In this document: one piece after another, positions 54,649 to 64,000 of the stretch
Layout: every line of letters starts with the position of its first letter
Numbering within the stretch: the stretch's first letter is position 1
Assembly (NCBI GenBank): GCA_016707895.1
Contig: JADJGV010000034.1
Location: 501,625-565,624, forward strand
Length of the DNA stretch: 64,000 nt
Origin: Myxococcales bacterium
Lineage (GTDB): Bacteria > Myxococcota_A > Polyangia > Haliangiales > Haliangiaceae
Reading direction: 5' to 3'
Notes under the pieces: model-generated
Told to the model about the DNA's origin: nothing
The model's input: only the letters and a program-made list of their open reading frames with translations
The model's database searches: none
Translations under genes and position numbers: made by a program

Positions 54649-55572
54649 TCACCGCGGGAACAGCGCGTCGCGCATCGCGACGACGTCGGCGCAGGTGGTG
54701 CCGACCGGGACGCGGACCGCGCGGAACGTCGACGGCGTGCCCGGCTGCTGGGTGATGATCGGGTTGAGGTTCTTGACCGCGCCGATCTGCGCCGGCGTGC
54801 ACGCGCCGCCGGTCGCGAGGTGGCAGCCGAGGATGCCCTGCTGCAACGACGCGTCGACCTCGCCGAGGATCAGGTCGGTCGAGAACACCTCGCCGGTGAG
54901 CTCGAACTGCGTGCGCAGCGTGACGTAGACCTCGTCGAGGTTGACCGCCGGCACGTCGTAGGCGCGCAGCGTCGCGCCGGGCTTGGCGTCGCCCTCTTGA
55001 TCGCAGGCGCAGCTGACGCCGATCGCCAGCGCGCACGAGGTGTCGGCCGACGGCGGGCAGAAGCGGAACGCGCCGTCGGCGTCGGCCTCGGGCAGCGGCG
55101 TGGTGCCGGCGGTCGCCGGGTCGAGGTTGGCGCCGATCACCAGCGTCAGGCGCTCGACGGCGAGCTCGGCGCAGGTGGCGTCGGCCGAGGTCAGCGTGCC
55201 GGCGCCGGTCACGCCGGCCACCGACGCCACCGTCGCCGCCGGCACCTCGAAGCGGATCGGCCGGTCCTGCCCGGCGATCGGGATCGCCGGGATCTCGATG
55301 GCGCACGCCTCGGCGCGCACCGCGACCGCGGTGCCGGTCTGATCGAGATCGAGCGCGATCAGCAGCTCGGCCGAGGTGTCGACCTCGACCAGGCCCGACG
55401 CGTTGACGTGGACGTTGAGCGTCGCGAGCACCGCGGCGCGGCCGTCGAGCTCGGCGAACCGGCCGCCGGGCACGCACTGCTCGCCGAACACCCGGGCGTC
55501 GATGGTGCTGCCGCCGCCGTCGCCGCCGCAGGCGGCGAGCAGCCCGGCGAGTCCCACGAGCGAGCGGCGCAT
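54649..55572 (-). CDS. Hypothetical Cys-containing lipoprotein
   Basis: Lipobox LLAACGGDGGGS and a plausible composition. Confidence 0.6.
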   Translation of the reverse strand: MRRSLVGLAGLLAACGGDGGGSTIDARVFGEQCVPGGRFAELDGRAAVLATLNVHVNASGLVEVDTSAELLIALDLDQTGTAVAVRAEACAIEIPAIPIAGQDRPIRFEVPAATVASVAGVTGAGTLTSADATCAELAVERLTLVIGANLDPATAGTTPLPEADADGAFRFCPPSADTSCALAIGVSCACDQEGDAKPGATLRAYDVPAVNLDEVYVTLRTQFELTGEVFSTDLILGEVDASLQQGILGCHLATGGACTPAQIGAVKNLNPIITQQPGTPSTFRAVRVPVGTTCADVVAMRDALFPR

Positions 55573-55671
55573 CGGTCCACGCTACCACCGCTCGGCGCGG
55601 GTGGCGCCAGCAGACTGCGATGACCGCGATCACGCTGGCGACCCGCCCCGGGAGGATGATATTCGGGGGCG

Positions 55672-57009
55672 ATGGGACGCGCGACCGCGCTGGCGGTGAT
55701 CGCACTGGGCGTCGGGGCCGCGCCGGCCGCGGCGAGCCCGGTCGAGCTGTTCGGCTTCGGCAGCCGCCACGGCGCCCACGCCGGCGCCGGCGTCGCCGAC
55801 GTCGACGACATGGCCGCGACCTGGATGAACCCGGCCGGGCTGGCCGCCGGTCGCAAGACGCTGACCACCGGCATGCTCGGCTGGGTGTCGAACCTGCGCG
55901 TCGGCGAGCGCCGCAGCCCGATGGCGCAGACCGGCGGCGGGCTGTTCGGCGTGACCTTGCCGGCGCCGCTGGGCGGGCCGCTGGCCGGGCGGCTGGGGCT
56001 GGGGCTCGGCATGTTCGTGCTGCCGACGTCGATCGTGCGCATCACCGCGCGCCTGCCCGACGAGCCGTTCTTCCCCTACTACCAGGGCCGCGCCGAGCGG
56101 CTGGTGCTGGTGCCCGGCGTCGGCGTGCGGGTCACCGACGCGCTCGACGTCGGCGTCGCCGCCAACTTCCTGGCCGGGCTGGGCGGCGGCATCGAGGCCG
56201 GCGAGGGCGCGACCCGCGCGCTCGAGGCCCGCGTCGACGAGGTGGTGCCGGCGGTGGCGCGGCTGGTGGCCGGCGCGCGCTGGCGGGTGCGGCCCGACCT
56301 GGCGATCGCCGCGGTCTACCGGCAGCGCTTCGAGGTGCCGTTCACCACCGTCGCGCGCACCGAGGTCGCGGGCGAGCCGATCAACCTCGACCTGGCCGCC
56401 AGCGGGCAGTTCGCGCCGCACACCGCGGTGCTCGGCGCGACCTGGAAGCCGCCGGGCGGCGCGCTGCACCTCGATCTGGCCTACGCGCGGTGGTCGAGCT
56501 ACCCGGGGCCGTTCGTCAAGGTCGGCAGCGAGCTGCCGCTGGTCGGCCCGCTCGCCGCCGAGCTGCCGGCGGTGCCGTGGCGCGACACCGTCGCGGTGCG
56601 GCTGGGCGGCGACGTCGCGATCGGCGAGCGCGTGCTGGGCCGCGCCGGCTACGCGTTCGAGACCTCGCCGGTGCCGGCGGCGCAGCCCGGCGTCACCAAC
56701 CTGCTCGACGGACCGCGCCACACCGTGGCGCTCGGCGCGGCGATCACCTGGCCGGCGGCGCTGGCCGGCAAGCCGGTGACCCTGGCGCTGCACGCGCAGG
56801 CGCAGCTGGTCGGCGGGCGCACGCTGACCAAGGCGATCCTGCCGGCCGGCGCGGCCGGCGGCACCTTCGACGGCCTGCGCGACGAGGTCACCGACGATCC
56901 GCAGGACCCGGCGACCCAGGGCGCGCAGATCTCCAACCCCGGCTACCCGCGGCTCGACAGCGGCGGCCAGGTGTTCTCGGGCGGCGCGACGTTGGAGGTG
57001 GGGCTGTGA
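55672..57009 (+). CDS. Outer-membrane beta-barrel transport protein, FadL/OmpP1/TodX-like, paralog 1
   Basis: Signal peptide and a C-terminal aromatic terminus. Alternating beta-strand pattern. Confidence 0.6.
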   Translation: MGRATALAVIALGVGAAPAAASPVELFGFGSRHGAHAGAGVADVDDMAATWMNPAGLAAGRKTLTTGMLGWVSNLRVGERRSPMAQTGGGLFGVTLPAPLGGPLAGRLGLGLGMFVLPTSIVRITARLPDEPFFPYYQGRAERLVLVPGVGVRVTDALDVGVAANFLAGLGGGIEAGEGATRALEARVDEVVPAVARLVAGARWRVRPDLAIAAVYRQRFEVPFTTVARTEVAGEPINLDLAASGQFAPHTAVLGATWKPPGGALHLDLAYARWSSYPGPFVKVGSELPLVGPLAAELPAVPWRDTVAVRLGGDVAIGERVLGRAGYAFETSPVPAAQPGVTNLLDGPRHTVALGAAITWPAALAGKPVTLALHAQAQLVGGRTLTKAILPAGAAGGTFDGLRDEVTDDPQDPATQGAQISNPGYPRLDSGGQVFSGGATLEVGL

Positions 57010-58286
57010 GGGCCGCGGTCGCGCTGGCGTCGCTCGCGGCCGTCGCCGCGCCCGCGGGCGCCGATCCGTTCGATCAGTTCGGGCTGGGCGGCGCCGCCGG
57101 TGGCACCGCCGGCGCGGTCACCGCCACCGCGACCGGCGCCGCGGCCGCGCACCACCAGCCCGGCGGCGTCGCGCGGGCCGCGCACCCCGAGGTGGTCGCC
57201 GGCTGGAGCGCCGGCTGGATGGGGCTCGAGCTCGACGGGCGCGACGCCGGCGTCGAGGCGGTCCACGGCACGACGCTGGCCCTGGCGGTGCCGATCGCGG
57301 TCGGGCCCGAGCTGCGGCTCGGCGCCGGCCTGGCGCTGTACCTGCCCGATCAGTACCTGGCGCGCATCCGCCTGGCGCCGATCACCGAGCCGCGGTTCGT
57401 GCTGCTCGACAACGACGCCCGGGTGGTGGTGGAGCCGGTGGCGGCGCTGGCCTACGCCGACAAGCTCGGCGTCGGCGTCGGCGCGTCGCTGCTGGCCGAC
57501 GCGCGCTCCAACCGGATCGCGTTCGACGTCGGCGTCGTCGCCGGGGCCAAGGTCGGCGCCGCCGATCTCGACGTCGAGCTGCCGCCGCGGGTGGCGCCGC
57601 TGGTCGGGCTGTGGCTCAAGCCGCACCCGCGGGTGCGCGCCGGCGTCACCTACCGCGGCCAGCTGTCGCTCGACCTCGCGCTCGACATCCTGGCCAACGT
57701 CGAGGTGGCCGGCGTGGTCACCGGCGACGCGCTGGTGGCGCTGCGCGCCAGCGACTACTTCACGCCGGCGCGGCTGACCGGCGCGATCGCGATCGACGTC
57801 ACCGCCGACGCGACCCTGGCCGCCGAGGTGGCGTGGGTGCGGTGGTCGGCGTTCCCGCCGCCGCCCGCGCTCGACGTGCTGGTCGCGCTCGACATCACGC
57901 CGCCGCTGGTGTCGACCGAGGCGCCGCCGCCCGACTTCACCGACGTGGTCACGGCGCGGCTGGGCGGCGAGCTGTGGCGGCGCGGCGCGCGGGTCGACGT
58001 CGCGGCCCGGGCCGGCGTGGCCTACCTGCCGTCGCCGGTGCCGCCCCAGCTCGGGCTCACCAGCTACGCCGACGGCGATCGCCTGCAGCTGGCGGCCGGC
58101 GCCGGCGTCGAGCTGCGCGACCTGCGGCCGTACCTGACCCGGCCGATCGCGTTCGATCTGGCGCTCAGCTGGCAGCACCTGGAAGATCGCCTGACCGTGA
58201 AGCACGTCGATCGGCTGCCCGGCCAGGCGTTCTCGTCGGGCGGCGACGTCGTCCACGCCACGCTCACCTCGACGGTGCGGTTCTGA
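57006..58286 (+). CDS. Outer-membrane beta-barrel protein, FadL-like, paralog 2
   Basis: GTGA overlap with the upstream gene. Ends in ...LTSTVRF. Confidence 0.55.
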   Translation: MRAAVALASLAAVAAPAGADPFDQFGLGGAAGGTAGAVTATATGAAAAHHQPGGVARAAHPEVVAGWSAGWMGLELDGRDAGVEAVHGTTLALAVPIAVGPELRLGAGLALYLPDQYLARIRLAPITEPRFVLLDNDARVVVEPVAALAYADKLGVGVGASLLADARSNRIAFDVGVVAGAKVGAADLDVELPPRVAPLVGLWLKPHPRVRAGVTYRGQLSLDLALDILANVEVAGVVTGDALVALRASDYFTPARLTGAIAIDVTADATLAAEVAWVRWSAFPPPPALDVLVALDITPPLVSTEAPPPDFTDVVTARLGGELWRRGARVDVAARAGVAYLPSPVPPQLGLTSYADGDRLQLAAGAGVELRDLRPYLTRPIAFDLALSWQHLEDRLTVKHVDRLPGQAFSSGGDVVHATLTSTVRF

Positions 58287-59737
58287 TGCGCGCCGCGTGG
58301 GTCGCGATCGCGCTGGCGGCGAGCTGCGGCTTCGCCCCCGAGGAGCCGTTCTCCGGCGCGCGCGCCGGCGACGGCATCGCGCCGTGGCGCGACCTGGGGC
58401 CGGCGCCGGTGTGCCTGGGCAACCAGTACCTCGGCCCCGACGGCACCGCCGCCGGCGGCTTCTGCTTCGACCGCAGCGCGATCGAGGCGCCGTGCACCAC
58501 CGACGGCGACTGCCGCTCGCGCGAGGCGTGCGTGTGCGGGCGCTGCACCGTGCCGTACTGCGCGACCCAATCGGACTGCGCCGCCGATCGGGTGTGCACG
58601 TTCAGCCAGCACCGCTGCGATCTGGCGTGCGGCGACGCCGGCGACTGCGCGCCCGGCGAGGAGTGCAGCAACGGCGCGTGCCGCGGCCGGTGCGCGACGT
58701 CGGCCGAGTGCCAGACCGGCGAGGTGTGCTCGAGCCGGAACTTCTGCGTCACCGACGACTGCGCCACCGACGGCGAGTGCGCCGGCGCCGAGCGCTGCCA
58801 CGTCCAGCGGGTGCCGCGGCTGGTGCTCGAGCCGTTCGCGGTGGCGACGGCGGCGGCGGTGGTGCTGTACCTCGAGGTCGGCGACGACGCCCAGCCGACC
58901 CAGCGCGCGATCTGGCGCGCCACCTCGGCCGACGGCGTGCACTACCGCTTCGATCCCGCGCGGCCGGTGCTCGAGGACGCCGGCGCCGCCCACGCGCCGT
59001 CGCTGGTCGCCACCGCCACCGGCTGGGCGCTGTACTACGAGGCCGGCGACGGCGCGGCGATCAAGGTCGCGACCTCGACCGACGGCGTCGGCTTCGGCGC
59101 GCCGACCGTGGCGCTGACGGGCGGCGTCGGCGCGGCGGCGATCCACGCGCCGAGCGCGGTGGCGCTGCCCGACGGGACGGTCGCGGTGTACTTCCAGCGC
59201 GGCGCGGCGATCGAGGTCGCCACCGGCCCGCTCGGCGGCGCGCTGACCGGCCGCGGCGTGGTGCTGGCGCCGGCCGACGTGACGATCCCGCCCGGGGCGC
59301 CGCGGGCGCCGTTCTGGGACGCGGTGGTCGCGCTGCGCAGCCCCCACGCCGCGGTCACCGCGGGCGCGGGCGGCCCGTCGCTGCGGCTGTGGTTCGCCGG
59401 CTTCGGTCGCGAGAGCGCCGACTCGCAGCAGTTCGGCATGGACGTGGCGATCCCGGCCAACTACTCCATCGGCTACGCCGCCGGCGACGTCGCCGATCCC
59501 ACCCGCTTCACGCCGTGGCCGTACGGGCCGGTGGTCGATCGCGTCGCGGCGTTCCTCGATCACCGCCAGGAGCTGGGGCCCGGCGTGGTGCAGCTGGTCG
59601 ACGGCGACGGCCCGGCGCCGCGCTACCTGATGTACAGCGTCGAGGCCAGCGCCACCGATCCGACGATGCTCGGCCCCGACGCGCCGCTGACGATCGGCCG
59701 CCTCGGCGTGCTGGCGAACGGTGGCGCGACGCCTTGA
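58286..59737 (+). CDS. Cys-rich (EGF/Dickkopf-like CxxCxxxxC modules) lipoprotein with a C-terminal beta-rich domain
   Basis: The ATG overlaps the upstream stop (ATGA). Lipobox LAASCGF. Many CxC motifs. Confidence 0.6.
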   Translation: MRAAWVAIALAASCGFAPEEPFSGARAGDGIAPWRDLGPAPVCLGNQYLGPDGTAAGGFCFDRSAIEAPCTTDGDCRSREACVCGRCTVPYCATQSDCAADRVCTFSQHRCDLACGDAGDCAPGEECSNGACRGRCATSAECQTGEVCSSRNFCVTDDCATDGECAGAERCHVQRVPRLVLEPFAVATAAAVVLYLEVGDDAQPTQRAIWRATSADGVHYRFDPARPVLEDAGAAHAPSLVATATGWALYYEAGDGAAIKVATSTDGVGFGAPTVALTGGVGAAAIHAPSAVALPDGTVAVYFQRGAAIEVATGPLGGALTGRGVVLAPADVTIPPGAPRAPFWDAVVALRSPHAAVTAGAGGPSLRLWFAGFGRESADSQQFGMDVAIPANYSIGYAAGDVADPTRFTPWPYGPVVDRVAAFLDHRQELGPGVVQLVDGDGPAPRYLMYSVEASATDPTMLGPDAPLTIGRLGVLANGGATP

Positions 59738-59823
59738 CCGGCCCCGCGGCGGCTGGCTACAAGGGGCGCGACGCGGTGGTTTTCTTTACCCCGCGCCGAT
59801 CTGCTGCCTACGATTTCAACTCC

Positions 59824-59904
59824 ATGATCGTCGTCATCGGCAACGTCCTCGCTGGTCTGCTCGGCCTCTCGCTGTTCACCGCCACCGTGCGGCTGAGCCG
59901 CTAG
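59824..59904 (+). CDS. Putative 26-aa hydrophobic micropeptide
   Basis: MIVVIGNVLAGLLGLSLFTATVRLSR in a locally AT-richer intergenic stretch. Speculative. Confidence 0.2.
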   Translation: MIVVIGNVLAGLLGLSLFTATVRLSR

Positions 59905-60012
59905 GCGGGCGAGCCTCCTCCCTGCGAGTGACTCGTAGCGGGCCCTCCGCTACCTGACCGCGCCCCGCGCCGAACTCGACTCGGGTGGCCCGGCCGCCTT
60001 ACAACGTGAGGC

Positions 60013-60333
60013 GTGAGTGAGGACGACACCCGCTACCGGATGCGGCCCCGCGAGCGGATCGCGGTGGCGATGCGCAAGGCGCCGGGGCCCACGCCCGACG
60101 CGGCGCCCGCCGACTTCCCGGCCGGGAGCGATCCCGAGATCCCCGTGATCCCGCCGCTCGCGGTGCCCACCGCCGGCGCGACCCGGATCCGCTTCGGCGA
60201 CACGGCGGTGGTCGTCGAGCGCAAGGGCGACCGCGTGACGCTGGTGTTCCCCGGCGGCGTGCGGGTCGAGGGCACCGCGGCCGAGGCGGCGAGCCTGGCC
60301 GCCGCGCTGTCGGTCCGGCCCCCACCTCGGTGA
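60013..60333 (+). CDS. Small hypothetical protein (106 aa)
   Basis: ORF with plausible composition and no recognisable domain. Confidence 0.3.
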   Translation: MSEDDTRYRMRPRERIAVAMRKAPGPTPDAAPADFPAGSDPEIPVIPPLAVPTAGATRIRFGDTAVVVERKGDRVTLVFPGGVRVEGTAAEAASLAAALSVRPPPR

Positions 60334-60461
60334 GCGGTGGGGGTGCCGTGAGAGATCGGTGAGGGTGTTTGGTCGGCTGGCGGCGTTGCATCGACATGGC
60401 CGCACCGCATCGCTCGCTGACCCCGCCAACCATCCTCGGCGCTCGTGCCACAGTAGGCGGG

Positions 60462-61355
60462 ATGCGCACTTGCGCCACGCTGCGCCTGCCGGACGGGAGC
60501 TCGGTCGAGGTCGGCCCCGGGGATCTGCTCGGGCGCACGCCGACCGCCGCCGCGATGATCGACGACCCGCGGGTCTCCGAGGCCCACGCGTTCTGCAGCC
60601 TGCGCCACGGCGAGCTGCACCTCTTGTCGCTGCGCCGCTTGCTGGTGGTCGGCGGCAAGCCGGTCAACGACGTCGTCTTGCGGCCCGGCATCACGATCGG
60701 CATCGCCGACGAGCTGACGCTGACCGTGGTGGCGGTGGTCACGCCCGAGGCGCTGCTCGGCGTGCGCGCCCCGGGGCAGCCGACCCGGATCTTGTCGCAG
60801 GTGGCGTCGATCATCGGCACGCCGCCGCGGATCGTGCCGCGGGTCGAGCGCGACGCCGCGGCGGCGCTGTGGTCGATCGGCGACAGCTGGCGGCTCCGGC
60901 TGCGTGGCCGCCCGCAGGAGCGGGTCGGGCCCGGCGACAGCTTCGAGGTCGACGGCGTGACGTTCACGCTGACCACCGTGCCGATCGGCCAGGCCGGCCC
61001 GTCGGCGACGGTCGCCGGCGGCGCGACCGCCGAGCCGCTGCGCCTGGTGGCGTTCTACGACACCGTCCAGATCCACCGCCGCAACCGCGAGATCGCGACC
61101 GTCGGCGGCACCGGCGCGCGCATCCTGTCGGAGCTGGTCGCGTGCCAGGGGCCGACCGGCTGGGAGGTGCTGGCGCGCGGGGTGTGGACCGACGAGGCCG
61201 ACGCGGTGGCGCTGCGCCACCGCTGGGACGTGGCGCTGGGGCGGCTGCGGGCCCGGCTGCGCGAGCTGGGCGTGCGCGACCTGGTCCGGTCGGATGGCGC
61301 CGGCCAGCTGGCCCTCGAGCTGTACGATGGGGACCAGGTTGACGACCGCACGTGA
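60462..61355 (+). CDS. FHA-domain protein with a C-terminal winged-helix-like region
   Basis: MRTCATLRLPDGSSVEVGPGDLLGRTP...SEAHAFCSLRHGELHLLSL matches the FHA pattern. Confidence 0.65.
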   Translation: MRTCATLRLPDGSSVEVGPGDLLGRTPTAAAMIDDPRVSEAHAFCSLRHGELHLLSLRRLLVVGGKPVNDVVLRPGITIGIADELTLTVVAVVTPEALLGVRAPGQPTRILSQVASIIGTPPRIVPRVERDAAAALWSIGDSWRLRLRGRPQERVGPGDSFEVDGVTFTLTTVPIGQAGPSATVAGGATAEPLRLVAFYDTVQIHRRNREIATVGGTGARILSELVACQGPTGWEVLARGVWTDEADAVALRHRWDVALGRLRARLRELGVRDLVRSDGAGQLALELYDGDQVDDRT

Positions 61356-61446
61356 TCGCCGCGGCCCGACGTCGTCCGATCCCGGCCCGCGCGCGATCGC
61401 GCGCTCGGGCGCGGGCTGGAGCGATCGACCGGCCGGCGCGCGGCCG

Positions 61447-64000
61447 GTGACGGCGCCGAGCATCGACGCCGAGCCGCGCTACGTCGACGTCGAGCTGGCC
61501 GGGGTCGGCGGCATGGGCACCGTGATGATCGCCCACGATCGCCACCTCGGGCGCGACGTCGCGATCAAGCGGATCGCCGCCGAGCCCGACGATCACGCGG
61601 CCGGCGCGCGGCTGGCGCGCGAGGCGGCGATCACGGCGCGGCTCGAGCACCCGTCGATCGTGCCGATCTACGACGCCGGCGTCGGCCCCGACGGCCGCCC
61701 GTACTACGCGATGCGGCTGGTGCGCGGGCGATCGCTGGCCGAGCGGCTGGCCGACACGCCCGACCTCGCCGCGCGGCTGCCGCTGGTGCGCGCGTTCCTC
61801 GCGGTGTGCCAGGCGATGGCGTACGCCCACCGCCAGGGCGTGATCCACCGCGACCTCAAGCCGGCCAACGTGATGATCGGCGAGTTCGGTGAGGTGCACG
61901 TCGTCGACTGGGGGCTGGCCCGCCGGCTCGACGAGCCCGAGCCGGAGCACGAGGCGCTGGCCGGCACGCCGGCGTACCTGGCGCCGGAGCGCGCGCGCGG
62001 CGAGGGCTCGACCCGCGCCAGCGACGTGTGGTCGCTGGGCGCGATCCTCGGCGAGCTCCTGTGCGGGGCGGCGCTCTTGCCGGCGAGCCGGCTCGAGATC
62101 CTGGCGCGGCTGTCGGCGAGCGAGCCGCCGCCGTGGCCGTGGCCCGCGCGCTGCCCCGGCGAGCTGGTGGCGATCGCGCACAAGGCGCTGGCGTGGCGGG
62201 TGGAGGATCGCTACGTCGACGCCGAGGTGCTGGCCGCCGACGTGTCGGCGTACCTCGACGGCCGCCGGGTCGGCGCCCACGCCTACTCGACGACCGAGCT
62301 GGCGCGGCGGCTGATCTACGCGTGGCGCTGGCAGGTGGCCGCGGTCAGCGCCGGGCTGGTCGCGGGCTCGGTGGTGCTGGCCTTGACCTGGAGCCGGATC
62401 GCCGGCGAGCAGCGGCGGGCGATCCTCGCCGAGCGGCGCGCCACCGCCGCGCTGGCCGACACCCGGGTCGCGCTGGCGTGGGCGCTGGATCGCGGCGCGG
62501 TGGCGGCGCTCTTGGCCGGCGACGTCGCCGAGGCCGAGACCTCCGCCGCGCAGGCGCTCACCTACGGCGAGTCGATCGACGCCCGTGGCGTGCTGGCCGC
62601 GACCCGGGCCGCGGCGCGGCCGCTGGCGGCCCAGCGCGTCGACGTGCCGGGCTGCGCGCAGGTCGTCCCTGACGGCGCCACCACCTTCCTCTGCCACGGC
62701 GCCGATCAGCTCGCGCTGTGGCGGGTCGGCGAGGCCGCGCCGCGCTGGCAGGTGCCGTCGGTGGCGACCGGCGCGATCGCGCTCGACGGGCGCTGGGTGA
62801 TCGCGCTCGAGCGCGGCGTCGCGGCCACCGTGCTCGACGGGCGCGACGGCACGATCCACGCGCGGGTGCCGGTGGCGGCGCTGGTCGACAGCCTGGCCCG
62901 GGATCCGGGCGCGACCCGGGTGGTGCTGTCGAACCAGCGCGAGGCGATCCTGATCGCGCCCGACAGCGATCGGGTGCGCGCGCTCGAGCGGCCGTGCGGC
63001 ACCCGCGCCACCATCGACGCGCTGGCGGTGGGCCGCGCCCAGGTGCTGATCGCGTGCAACGACGGCCGGCTGGTCAAGATCGGCGACGACGGGGCGGCCG
63101 CGGTGATCGCCGAGGTGCCGCTGGGCGGGCAGGACCCGGCCAGCACCGCGGCGCTGGCCGACGACGAACGCACGCTGGCGATCGGCGGCATCCACGGCCA
63201 GCTGGTGCTGGTCGATCTGGTCACCGGCACGGTGTCGGCGCCGCGCACGGTGCTGCCCGAGCCGGTCCGCCGGGTGCGCCTCCTCGGCGAGCTGGTCGCG
63301 GTCGCCGGCGAGCGCGGCGGTATCCACGTGTGGAGCCGCAGCCTCGAGGCCGAGCTGCTGCGCCTGCCCGAGCGCGCCGGCGGGCGGTTCGAGCGGGTCG
63401 GCGACGAGCTGGTGACCGGCGGCGCCGGCTGGTGGCGCTGGCGGCTGCCGCCGGTCCCGCAGGCCCGCCGCTTCGAGGCGCCGGCCGGGCTGGCGGCGGC
63501 GGCGGTCTCGCCCGACGGCACCCAGGTCGTGGCCGCGCGCGGCGACGGCCGGCTGTCGATGTGGCAGACCGCGCTCGGGCGGCTGATCGCCGAGCCGGTG
63601 CTGGGCCCCGGCGTGATCAAGCGCGCGGCCTTCTCGCCCGACGGGCGCGAGATCGGCGTGGCGATCGCCGGGCCGCCTGGCGCGCTGGTGGTCGACGCGG
63701 CGTCCGGGGCGATCGTCTCGACCTCGCCCGATCTCCCGGGCTCGCACCGGGTCGCGTACCTGCGCGACGGCACGCGCGTGCTGGTGCCGTACGGCGACCG
63801 GCTGATCCGCTGGACGCCGAGCGGCGAGCGCCGCGAGGTGCGCGGCGCGCTGTGGGGCGATCTCGAGCTGTCGGGCGATCGCGCGCAGATCTGGCTGCTG
63901 TCGCGCAGCGGCGAGGTGTGGCGCGCCGACGGCGGCGCGCCGGTGCGGCGGTTCGAGGTGCCCGGGGCGCTGTCGATCGCGCCGTTCACCGCCGCCGCCG
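61447..64000 (+). CDS. Ser/Thr protein kinase with a TM segment and a C-terminal WD40/beta-propeller-like repeat region; partial, continuing past the window end
   Basis: Hand translation gives VIHRDLKPANVMI, DWGLA and GTPAYLAPE. The repeat-rich C-terminal region is open to the window edge. ORF 60964..63747 on the opposite strand is the antisense artefact. Confidence 0.8.
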   Translation, partial: MTAPSIDAEPRYVDVELAGVGGMGTVMIAHDRHLGRDVAIKRIAAEPDDHAAGARLAREAAITARLEHPSIVPIYDAGVGPDGRPYYAMRLVRGRSLAERLADTPDLAARLPLVRAFLAVCQAMAYAHRQGVIHRDLKPANVMIGEFGEVHVVDWGLARRLDEPEPEHEALAGTPAYLAPERARGEGSTRASDVWSLGAILGELLCGAALLPASRLEILARLSASEPPPWPWPARCPGELVAIAHKALAWRVEDRYVDAEVLAADVSAYLDGRRVGAHAYSTTELARRLIYAWRWQVAAVSAGLVAGSVVLALTWSRIAGEQRRAILAERRATAALADTRVALAWALDRGAVAALLAGDVAEAETSAAQALTYGESIDARGVLAATRAAARPLAAQRVDVPGCAQVVPDGATTFLCHGADQLALWRVGEAAPRWQVPSVATGAIALDGRWVIALERGVAATVLDGRDGTIHARVPVAALVDSLARDPGATRVVLSNQREAILIAPDSDRVRALERPCGTRATIDALAVGRAQVLIACNDGRLVKIGDDGAAAVIAEVPLGGQDPASTAALADDERTLAIGGIHGQLVLVDLVTGTVSAPRTVLPEPVRRVRLLGELVAVAGERGGIHVWSRSLEAELLRLPERAGGRFERVGDELVTGGAGWWRWRLPPVPQARRFEAPAGLAAAAVSPDGTQVVAARGDGRLSMWQTALGRLIAEPVLGPGVIKRAAFSPDGREIGVAIAGPPGALVVDAASGAIVSTSPDLPGSHRVAYLRDGTRVLVPYGDRLIRWTPSGERREVRGALWGDLELSGDRAQIWLLSRSGEVWRADGGAPVRRFEVPGALSIAPFTAAA

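Noticed and set aside
59760-59800. Possible intrinsic terminator (GGCGCG..T-rich..CGCGCC) after the Cys-rich lipoprotein gene
   Set aside because: The stem is short and imperfect with a 22-nt loop. This is too weak to call.
60964-63747. 927-aa minus-strand ORF and the 427-aa ORF 62706..63989
   Set aside because: They are antisense to the plus-strand Ser/Thr kinase and beta-propeller gene, whose frame gives canonical kinase subdomains (HRDLKPAN, DWGLA, APE).

Overview
This is a 64 kb chromosomal segment with very high GC content, most consistent with a Myxococcota genome (myxobacteria-like). That reading rests on the many Ser/Thr kinases with FHA partners, the PEGA and TPR domains, the mevalonate operon and the dense c-di-GMP signalling genes. 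Many six-frame ORFs are antisense artefacts of the GC content. I chose the real genes by protein plausibility, recognisable motifs and translational coupling.

Gene content, from start to end:
- A large lipoprotein of the alpha-2-macroglobulin family with a CSEQ thioester motif runs off the 5' edge on the minus strand, with a lipoprotein of unknown function upstream. Three single-nucleotide indels interrupt its frame.
- Divergently, three translationally coupled paralogous Hsp100/Clp-like double-AAA+ ATPases (about 1140, 1122 and 756 aa) lack the canonical Clp N and M domains. This is the most unusual feature and the best candidate for an undescribed system.
- A LysR regulator with a perfect palindromic operator is divergent from a small lipoprotein gene.
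- An FHA protein plus Ser/Thr kinase operon.
- A structured REP-like intergenic repeat with a second copy elsewhere.
- A Zn-metalloprotease lipoprotein with TPR repeats.
- A c-di-GMP signalling cluster of PilZ, HDOD, FIST, a hybrid histidine kinase and a REC-PAS-GGDEF(degenerate)-EAL protein, with rarA and a small unknown ORF in between.
- An IS4-family insertion sequence with a 10 bp target-site duplication, inserted into the second copy of the REP-like repeat.
- A minus-strand mevalonate and isoprenoid operon: UbiA-like prenyltransferase, IDI-2, mevalonate kinase, diphosphomevalonate decarboxylase, phosphomevalonate kinase, HMG-CoA reductase, squalene/phytoene-synthase-like.
- A TatT-associated TRAP transporter (TatT, DctP, DctQ, DctM) whose DctM carries an odd Cys-rich, acidic-repeat and Gly-Ser-Thr-repeat C-terminal tail.
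- An orphan family-5 solute-binding protein coupled to a GAF histidine kinase and a REC-GGDEF regulator.
- gpsA, a TPR protein, a PEGA-domain Ser/Thr kinase, two FadL-like outer-membrane paralogs plus a Cys-rich lipoprotein, an FHA protein, and a Ser/Thr kinase with a beta-propeller that runs off the 3' edge.

I found no rRNA, tRNA or CRISPR.
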